This document shows, piece by piece, positions 58,092-64,000 of a stretch of DNA of 64,000 nt. A program made the position numbers and the translations under genes. Location of the stretch: assembly GCA_042088875.1 (NCBI GenBank), contig JBELLF010000001.1, forward strand, positions 970 through 64,969, read 5' to 3'. Each line of letters begins with the position of its first letter. Positions within the stretch are counted from its first letter, which is position 1. The notes below the pieces were generated by a model. It did not search any database. It was not told the origin of the DNA and saw only the letters and a list, made by a program, of their open reading frames with translations. The DNA comes from Candidatus Marisimplicoccus framensis. Lineage in GTDB: Bacteria; Bacteroidota; Bacteroidia; Flavobacteriales; Flavobacteriaceae.

Positions 58092-58404
58092 AAAATTAGG
58101 ACTAAAAATTCCTAAAGATTATTTTATTAATTCAAAAAAAGAGATTTTAGAGAACATTAATATTAAAAAGGAGGAAACGGCTAAAAAACATAATTTTAGC
58201 TACTATTATCTATCAATGGCTGCTGTGTTTATTGGAGCTTTGATTTTTTTTAATTTTCCTTTAAATAATGAAAATTCAATAGAAATTGATTCAAATTCAC
58301 CAATAATATCTACTGTAATTTCTGGTGAAGAAATAACTGACGAATATATAATTGAGTTTTACTCAGAATCTTTAGTTTTAAATGAAATTTATTTTGGTGA
58401 TTAA
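58075..58404 (+). CDS. Putative single-pass anti-sigma factor
   Basis: 109 aa. Overlaps the sigma gene by 17 nt. One TM helix (YYLSMAAVFIGALIFFNF). Assigned by context only. Confidence 0.45.
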   Translation: MNQHYKKLGLKIPKDYFINSKKEILENINIKKEETAKKHNFSYYYLSMAAVFIGALIFFNFPLNNENSIEIDSNSPIISTVISGEEITDEYIIEFYSESLVLNEIYFGD

Positions 58405-58435
58405 ACTATTTACAAAATTTTGTTTCAAAGTACAA

Positions 58436-58849
58436 ATGAAAAGATTAAACAAAATCATTTTATTGTTTTTAATAGCTCTCTTGTCATTTAACTTATCATA
58501 CAGTCAAGACAATAAAAGATCTAAAAAATATTCTAATGAATTAATTGAAACTTTATCAAATTATCAAAAAGAGCTTATTAAAAAAGAAAGAAAATATCTT
58601 GATATACAAAGATCATCAATAAGAAAAACTTTTTCAATTGAACAAAAAGAAATTATTGCTGATAGTACTCTAACATACTATCAAAAGAGAAAAAAAATCA
58701 TTGAATCATTTTCCACAGATCAAAAAAAACTTATTGAAAGGTATGATGAAAGAATTGATTCTATTAGAAAACAGTTATACACTTCTCTTACTGAGGAACA
58801 AAAAATATTAATTAAGAAAAAAAGAAAGAAGTCTAAAAAAAATGACTAG
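58436..58849 (+). CDS. Exported LTXXQ-repeat protein (Spy/CpxP-like)
   Basis: Start set at ATG 58436 (MKRLNKIILLFLIALLSFNLSYSQ, a signal peptide). Four copies of [LF][ST]xxQKx[LI]I: LSNYQKELI, FSIEQKEII, FSTDQKKLI, LTEEQKILI. Confidence 0.65.
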   Translation: MKRLNKIILLFLIALLSFNLSYSQDNKRSKKYSNELIETLSNYQKELIKKERKYLDIQRSSIRKTFSIEQKEIIADSTLTYYQKRKKIIESFSTDQKKLIERYDERIDSIRKQLYTSLTEEQKILIKKKRKKSKKND

Positions 58850-58894
58850 ACTTTTTTTAACAAAACCTTGGGCTTAATCTAAGTGGCATAAAAA

Positions 58895-58902
58895 TATATT
58901 TG
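58895..58902 (+). promoter_or_regulatory. -7 box (TATATTTG) for the OMP gene
   Basis: Exact TAnnTTTG, 19 nt upstream of ATG 58922. Confidence 0.5.
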
Positions 58903-58921
58903 CAACAAACAAAAAAACTAT

Positions 58922-61423
58922 ATGAAAAATTTATTTAAAATATTTTTAATTTTATTTTCTACATCTTTATTTTCTCAGCAAACTGGAGGAAACTATCAGC
59001 AATTTCAAAACATGCGTTTTAATGTTTCAGGTTTAGTAGTTGATTCTGAAACTGATGAAATTCTTGAATATGCAACAATTACATTAAAGAATAGAAGAAA
59101 TACTGATATTGTTTTTGGGGGCATAACTGGAGAAGATGGTAAATTCTCCATTGAGGTATCACCTGGTATGTATGATGTTAGTATTGAATATATATCATTT
59201 GAATCATATACTAATAACAATTTTTTAGTTAGAGAGAATACTGACTTAGGTACTATTTCTCTTAGTTTAGATGTTTCAGTTTTAGAGGAAGTTGAGGTTA
59301 GAGCTGAGAGGACTCAAGTTGAAGTAAGACTAGATAAGAAAATATACAATGTAGGGCAAGATATTACTGTTAAGGGAGGAAATGTATCTGATGTATTAGC
59401 AAATATACCATCAATTGATGTTGACTTTGATGGTAATATATCATTGAGGGGAAATAATAATGTTAGGATTTTAATTAACGGGAAACCATCAGGTCTAGTT
59501 GGGCTATCGGGACCACAAGGACTTAGATCAATTCCATCGGAATCTATTGAAAAAGTGGAGGTTGTTACATCTCCATCTGCTAGATATTCTGCTGAAGGTA
59601 CTGCAGGTATTTTAAATATAATTTTAAAAAAGCAAGATTTACTTGGATTTAACGGTAATGTAAATGGAAGTATTGGATCTCCAAAGAATACTAGTGGTTC
59701 CGGAACATTCAACCTTAGAAATAATAAAATAAATATCTTCAACACAACTACATATAAAGATTCTGACAATAATGGAAACTTTTTTTTTGACACAGAATAC
59801 TTTAAAAATAGCCTTAAAATCGAAAGCTCAGACAAAAGCAATAGAAATGAAAAAAACATTTTTCTAAATTTAGGCTTAGAATACTATTTTGATGATAAAA
59901 CTTCATTAACATTAAGTGGATTTTACAGAAAAGGAGATGAACTTAGCTACTCAAGAAATATTGTTAATGACATAACTAATGGAATTATCTCAGCTACAAA
60001 TGAAAGAGTTGCAAATGATGAAGAGCTCGAAGAGTCGTTTGAATATGCACTTGATTTTTATAAAGACTTTGATAAAGAGGGACATACTCTTAGCGCTAGA
60101 ATATCATATGAAGAATCTGATGAAAATTCTGTTGATAATATTGAAGATTTTTCAACGCTTCCTTTTGTGTCTGAATCTGAATTTGAAAGAACATCTAATA
60201 TAGATATTCAAAATAGACTACTTGCCCAGGTTGATTACGTTTATCCAATTGATGAAAACACTGAAATAGAATTTGGATATAGGGGTAGATTCCTAGAGAG
60301 GGAAACTGATTATGACGTATCTTTCCTTAAAGGGACCTCATATATGTCAGATAGTGGGTTATCAAATGTATTTAACTACACAGAAAATATTAATTCTCTT
60401 TACGGTCAATTTGGTAAAAAGTTTAATAAATTTTCTACTTTACTAGGTTTAAGATTTGAAAATTCAAAGCAAGAAATTAATCAAAAAACTACTGGTCAGT
60501 TTGAAATAAAGAAGTATTCAGACTTATTTCCAACTTTAAATTTAGCTTACGAAATTTCTGAACTTGAATCACTAACATTGGGTTACAGTAAAAGAATTAG
60601 AAGACCAAGAGGATGGGATATTAATCCTTTTCCAAGAAGAAACTCTATTACACAATACAGAAGAGGGAATCCATTCTTAGATCCTACATTTTCATCTGCT
60701 TATGAAATTGACTATTTAAAAAGATTTAAAAAAATAACAATTAACACATCCCTGTTCTTCAGGCAATCAGATGGTAATGTTGAGAGAATTCAGCAAGAAA
60801 CTGGTCAGCTTGTTGACTTGATAGTTGATTCAAGTAATGATAATCCTGTATTACAAGTTCCTGTACTAGAGTATTATCCAATTAACTTATCGACAAATAA
60901 AAGAATTGGATCTGAACTAAGTATTACCTATACTCCATCAAGGTCAATTAGACTTAACGGTAGTTTTACACTTAATTCTACAAAGATTAGAGGTAGTTAT
61001 CAAAATCAAAACTTTGATTCAGATGACACAAATTGGAGTGCTAGATTTAATGGATTTATTAGGCTTCCAAAAGATTATAGTATTCAATTCTTTGGATTTT
61101 TAAGAGGTCCAAGTGAAACTGCTTTTTCTAAAAGAAAGTCATTTGGATTTACAACAGCAGCAATTCAAAAAAATATTCTTGATAGAAAAGGTAACATATC
61201 CCTTAGATATTCTGATTTATTTAATACTGGAAGATGGAGATCTACTACAACAAGAGAAACTTTCAGGTCTGAATCTGAAGGGCAATGGAGAGAGCCTACA
61301 CTAATACTTACGTTTTCATATATTATTAGTGAAGATAAGAACAATATGAGAAAGAGAAGGACTCAAAGAGATCAACAGAACTATAGTGAAGGTGCTAATG
61401 ATGGACCTATCTTTAACAACTAG
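58922..61423 (+). CDS. Outer membrane beta-barrel protein, TonB-dependent-receptor-like with carboxypeptidase-regulatory-like N-domain
   Basis: 833 aa. Signal peptide, N-terminal CarboxypepD_reg-like text (SGLVVDSETDEILEYATITLKN), a plug-like segment, then alternating beta-strand pattern. After the last strand (LILTFSYII) there is a basic C-terminal tail. Confidence 0.82.
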   Translation: MKNLFKIFLILFSTSLFSQQTGGNYQQFQNMRFNVSGLVVDSETDEILEYATITLKNRRNTDIVFGGITGEDGKFSIEVSPGMYDVSIEYISFESYTNNNFLVRENTDLGTISLSLDVSVLEEVEVRAERTQVEVRLDKKIYNVGQDITVKGGNVSDVLANIPSIDVDFDGNISLRGNNNVRILINGKPSGLVGLSGPQGLRSIPSESIEKVEVVTSPSARYSAEGTAGILNIILKKQDLLGFNGNVNGSIGSPKNTSGSGTFNLRNNKINIFNTTTYKDSDNNGNFFFDTEYFKNSLKIESSDKSNRNEKNIFLNLGLEYYFDDKTSLTLSGFYRKGDELSYSRNIVNDITNGIISATNERVANDEELEESFEYALDFYKDFDKEGHTLSARISYEESDENSVDNIEDFSTLPFVSESEFERTSNIDIQNRLLAQVDYVYPIDENTEIEFGYRGRFLERETDYDVSFLKGTSYMSDSGLSNVFNYTENINSLYGQFGKKFNKFSTLLGLRFENSKQEINQKTTGQFEIKKYSDLFPTLNLAYEISELESLTLGYSKRIRRPRGWDINPFPRRNSITQYRRGNPFLDPTFSSAYEIDYLKRFKKITINTSLFFRQSDGNVERIQQETGQLVDLIVDSSNDNPVLQVPVLEYYPINLSTNKRIGSELSITYTPSRSIRLNGSFTLNSTKIRGSYQNQNFDSDDTNWSARFNGFIRLPKDYSIQFFGFLRGPSETAFSKRKSFGFTTAAIQKNILDRKGNISLRYSDLFNTGRWRSTTTRETFRSESEGQWREPTLILTFSYIISEDKNNMRKRRTQRDQQNYSEGANDGPIFNN

Positions 61424-61578
61424 GATTTTAATTTCTTAGATATAAAATCTTTTATCTTTTGGAATACATATGATGAAGCCCAATATGGTGCTACAATCGC
61501 TAAAAAAATCATGAGCCAAAAGCCCATTGTGAATATTGCTAAAAAAGCTAAAAAACCGAGGTATTGTTGAAACTCCAT
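61420..61578 (-). CDS. Small membrane protein (52 aa)
   Basis: Absent from the ORF track because it is too short. My hand translation is MEFQQYLGFLAFLAIFTMGFWLMIFLAIVAPYWASSYVFQKIKDFISKKLKS. An exact -7 box lies 18 nt upstream. Its stop overlaps the OMP stop (CTAG). Confidence 0.4.
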   Translation of the reverse strand: MEFQQYLGFLAFLAIFTMGFWLMIFLAIVAPYWASSYVFQKIKDFISKKLKS

Positions 61579-61585
61579 ATATTTG
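61578..61585 (+). promoter_or_regulatory. -7 box (TATATTTG) for fumC
   Basis: Exact TAnnTTTG, 47 nt upstream of ATG 61633. Confidence 0.45.
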
Positions 61586-61596
61586 TAAATGCTAAA

Positions 61597-61604
61597 CAAA
61601 AGTA
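61597..61604 (-). promoter_or_regulatory. -7 box (TACTTTTG) for the 52-aa ORF
   Basis: Exact TAnnTTTG on the minus strand, 18 nt upstream of ATG 61578. Confidence 0.45.
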
Positions 61605-61632
61605 ATTTTTTTTAAGTAAATTACAAAGGATC

Positions 61633-63030
61633 ATGGACTACAGAATAGAAAAAGATACACTTGGAGAGGTAAAGGTTCCTAAAGACTCGCTTTGGGGTGC
61701 TCAAACCGAGAGATCAAAAAAAAACTTCAAAATTGGAAACCCATCCTCAATGCCCATTGAGATAATTCACGCTTATGCTATTTTAAAAAAATCAGCAGCA
61801 GCTACTAACCATGAATTGGGAGTCTTGTCAAAAGAAAAGTCTGAACTTATCCAAACAGTATGTGATGAAATTATTTCAAATAAACATAATGAACAATTTC
61901 CTTTAGTTATTTGGCAAACTGGCTCTGGAACTCAAACTAATATGAATATAAATGAAGTAATTTCAAACAGAGCCCATATAATTGAAGGAAAAAAACTTGG
62001 AGAATCAGAAAAAACTCTATCACCTAATGATGATGTTAATCTTTCACAATCGTCAAATGACACTTTTCCTACAGCAATAAACATTGCTGCTATGAAGATA
62101 ATTACAGATAATACATTAGTTAATTTAAAAATATTAAGAGATAGTCTAAATAAAAAGTCAAAGGAGTTTAACAAAATTATCAAAATTGGAAGAACTCACC
62201 TTATGGACGCTACTCCTATAACTCTTGGCCAAGAATTTTCAGGTTATGTAGCTCAAATTGATAATGGAATTAAATCTATTAAAAATGCAATGGATCACTT
62301 ATCAGAGTTACCGATTGGAGGAACTGCTGTTGGGACTGGGCTAAACACTCCTAAAGGTTATTCAAAAAATGTTATTGAAAGTATTTCAAGAAACTCAGGC
62401 CTTAATTTTAAAGAATCCCCTAATAAATTTGAAGGTATTGCATCTAATGATTGTATTGTAGAGATGCACAGTGCAATAAAGACAGCCGCTACATCAATAT
62501 ATAAAATATCAAATGATATAAGGCTGATGGGATCTGGACCAAGATCTGGATTAGGTGAACTAATATTACCTGCTAATGAGCCGGGAAGTTCTATAATGCC
62601 AGGAAAAGTTAATCCAACACAATGTGAAGCAATCTCAATGGTTTGTGCTCAAATAATAGGTAATGACATGGCTGTAAGTTTTGCTGGGGCTAATGGTCAC
62701 TTTGAGTTAAATGTTTTTAAGCCTTTATTCGCATACAATATTATAGAGTCATCAAAAATACTAGGAGACGCATGTTTGAGTTTCTCAAAAAACTGTATTG
62801 AAGGTCTAAAACCAAATAAAAAGAAAATAGAAAGATTTTTAAAAGATTCTCTAATGCTTGTAACTACTTTAAACTCAAAAATTGGATACTACAAAGCAGC
62901 AGAAATAGCTAATAAAGCTTATAAAGAAAACATTACGCTTAAAGAAGCATGTATTCAACTAAATTATTTATCAGAAAAAGAGTTTGATAAATATGTCAAT
63001 CCTGAAAGAATGACAAACAATGAAGGTTGA
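61633..63030 (+). CDS. fumC: Class II fumarate hydratase
   Basis: 465 aa. Signature [11 protein letters not shown]. Confidence 0.95.
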   Translation: MDYRIEKDTLGEVKVPKDSLWGAQTERSKKNFKIGNPSSMPIEIIHAYAILKKSAAATNHELGVLSKEKSELIQTVCDEIISNKHNEQFPLVIWQTGSGTQTNMNINEVISNRAHIIEGKKLGESEKTLSPNDDVNLSQSSNDTFPTAINIAAMKIITDNTLVNLKILRDSLNKKSKEFNKIIKIGRTHLMDATPITLGQEFSGYVAQIDNGIKSIKNAMDHLSELPIGGTAVGTGLNTPKGYSKNVIESISRNSGLNFKESPNKFEGIASNDCIVEMHSAIKTAATSIYKISNDIRLMGSGPRSGLGELILPANEPGSSIMPGKVNPTQCEAISMVCAQIIGNDMAVSFAGANGHFELNVFKPLFAYNIIESSKILGDACLSFSKNCIEGLKPNKKKIERFLKDSLMLVTTLNSKIGYYKAAEIANKAYKENITLKEACIQLNYLSEKEFDKYVNPERMTNNEG

Positions 63031-63493
63031 AATAGTATCTTACTCAGATAGATATTCTAAATACTTCTATGATCTAAATCACGATTGGTTAAGTGAATTT
63101 TTTTATGTTGAGGAATACGATGAAAAGGTGCTTAAACATTGTAAAGCAGAAATAATTGACAAGGGAGGATATATTTTTTTTGCTCTTCATGAAGTTGAAG
63201 TTGTAGGAACTATGGCATTAATTCCCAGAGAAAAAAATGTATATGAATTAAATAAAATGGCTGTAAAAAAAGATTTAAGAGGAAATGGGATTGGTCATCA
63301 GTTAATTCAATTTATAATTGATTATTCTGTTAAAAATAACATTAAATCATTAATACTTTATTCAAACACTATCTTGAAGAATTCAATTCACCTCTATAAT
63401 AAATTTGGGTTTAAAGAAATAGATAATCCAGATGCACCCTACAAAAGGAGTGATATAAAGATGGAATTAAAATTATCTAACCTTAGAAAATAA
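63020..63493 (+). CDS. GNAT family N-acetyltransferase
   Basis: 157 aa. Acetyl-CoA block [11 protein letters not shown]. Overlaps fumC by 11 nt. Confidence 0.8.
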   Translation: MKVEIVSYSDRYSKYFYDLNHDWLSEFFYVEEYDEKVLKHCKAEIIDKGGYIFFALHEVEVVGTMALIPREKNVYELNKMAVKKDLRGNGIGHQLIQFIIDYSVKNNIKSLILYSNTILKNSIHLYNKFGFKEIDNPDAPYKRSDIKMELKLSNLRK

Positions 63494-64000
63494 TTTTTCT
63501 TTCCAGTTTGTCCATGAATACTTCCTTGCAAATAAAGCAAGAAGAATAGGAAAAACAATAAAGGGAGTAATCCAATCAGTAATACCAAGACTTGGCTCAG
63601 AGATATCAATTAGAATTGATTCTGTTTGAAATACAGTCCAATCTGCTGTTACAAGTAATGCAGCTATAAGATTATTAGCAGCATGAAAACCTAAAGCAAG
63701 CTCAAGACCATCATCCATAAGTGTCATAATTCCAAGAACGAAACCAACTGTTATGTATAGAATTACAAATTCGAATCCAAGTGCTGTAATCTCAGGATTA
63801 GCTAGATGTAAAGATCCAAAAACAGTAGATGTTAAGAAAAGTGCCATAAATCTGCTATTCAACCAATGACCAAAACCTTGCATTAAATAACCACGAAAAA
63901 CAATCTCCTCAACACTAGTCTGAATAGGTATAAATAAAATTGCTATAACTGTTAAGATTAAAAATTCTTTAACTTTAAAATTGAAAACGAAGTTTTCAGG
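63473..64000 (-). CDS. CPBP family intramembrane glutamic endopeptidase (5' end beyond the right window edge)
   Basis: The track ORF starts at an internal Met. The same frame stays open to position 64000 and contains the EExxxR motif (VEEIVFRG), followed by FxxxH (FGSLHL) and HxxxN (HAANN). Confidence 0.8.
   Translation of the reverse strand, partial: PENFVFNFKVKEFLILTVIAILFIPIQTSVEEIVFRGYLMQGFGHWLNSRFMALFLTSTVFGSLHLANPEITALGFEFVILYITVGFVLGIMTLMDDGLELALGFHAANNLIAALLVTADWTVFQTESILIDISEPSLGITDWITPFIVFPILLALFARKYSWTNWKEKLFSKVR

Noticed and set aside
59314-59859. A 181-aa minus-strand ORF inside the OMP gene. It is unusually long for an antisense frame in AT-rich DNA.
   Set aside because: Its translation is Leu/Ser/Pro/Phe-rich low-complexity text, typical of the complement of Lys/Glu/Gly/Asn-rich coding sequence. 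Its stop codons would require sense TA- or CA-initial codons after T/C-ending codons, and these happen to be rare in this Tyr/His/Gln-poor stretch. It has no promoter box or independent signal.

Overview
Overall: this is a compact, AT-rich chromosomal core segment (roughly 30% G+C by eye, not computed). It looks like a streamlined Flavobacteriia/Bacteroidota genome. The taxonomic clues are exact TAnnTTTG -7 promoter boxes, few Shine-Dalgarno signals, bamD-rpoZ-coaBC-recN and thrS-infC-rpmI-rplT synteny, and a Bacteroidota-style beta-barrel OMP.

Content I can support:
- 64 protein-coding genes, two of them truncated by the window edges. Three are missing from the supplied ORF track: a partial TPR-like gene at 1-361, infC with a non-ATG start, and a 52-aa membrane ORF.
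- One ncRNA: RNase P RNA on the minus strand, 16732-17013.
- One clear intrinsic terminator and 13 exact -7 promoter boxes.
- About 1.9 kb (about 3%) is not protein-coding by my tally. Many neighbouring genes overlap by 1-23 nt.
- I saw no tRNA, rRNA, CRISPR array, transposase, prophage or defence-island content, and no obvious pseudogenes.

Novelty: I did not find a convincing new multi-gene system, and almost everything is housekeeping. The best leads are:
1. An A11 slippery run in dnaX at the domain III boundary, with immediate stops in both shifted frames. This is a possible gamma/tau recoding site.
2. An unusually small (about 282 nt) RNase P RNA whose 3' end is antisense to the last codons of rsmD.
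3. An overlapping SixA-like / PPK1 / PPX operon.
4. A strand-bias switch around dnaA that suggests the replication origin, but without recognisable DnaA boxes.
5. Every convergent gene junction has at most 3 nt of spacer.
6. Promoter boxes placed so close to the dnaX and rpsA start codons that leaderless mRNAs are predicted.
7. An ECF sigma / anti-sigma / LTXXQ-repeat / OMP envelope module.

All functional calls come from reading the translated ORFs against family motifs I recognise. No database search was run.
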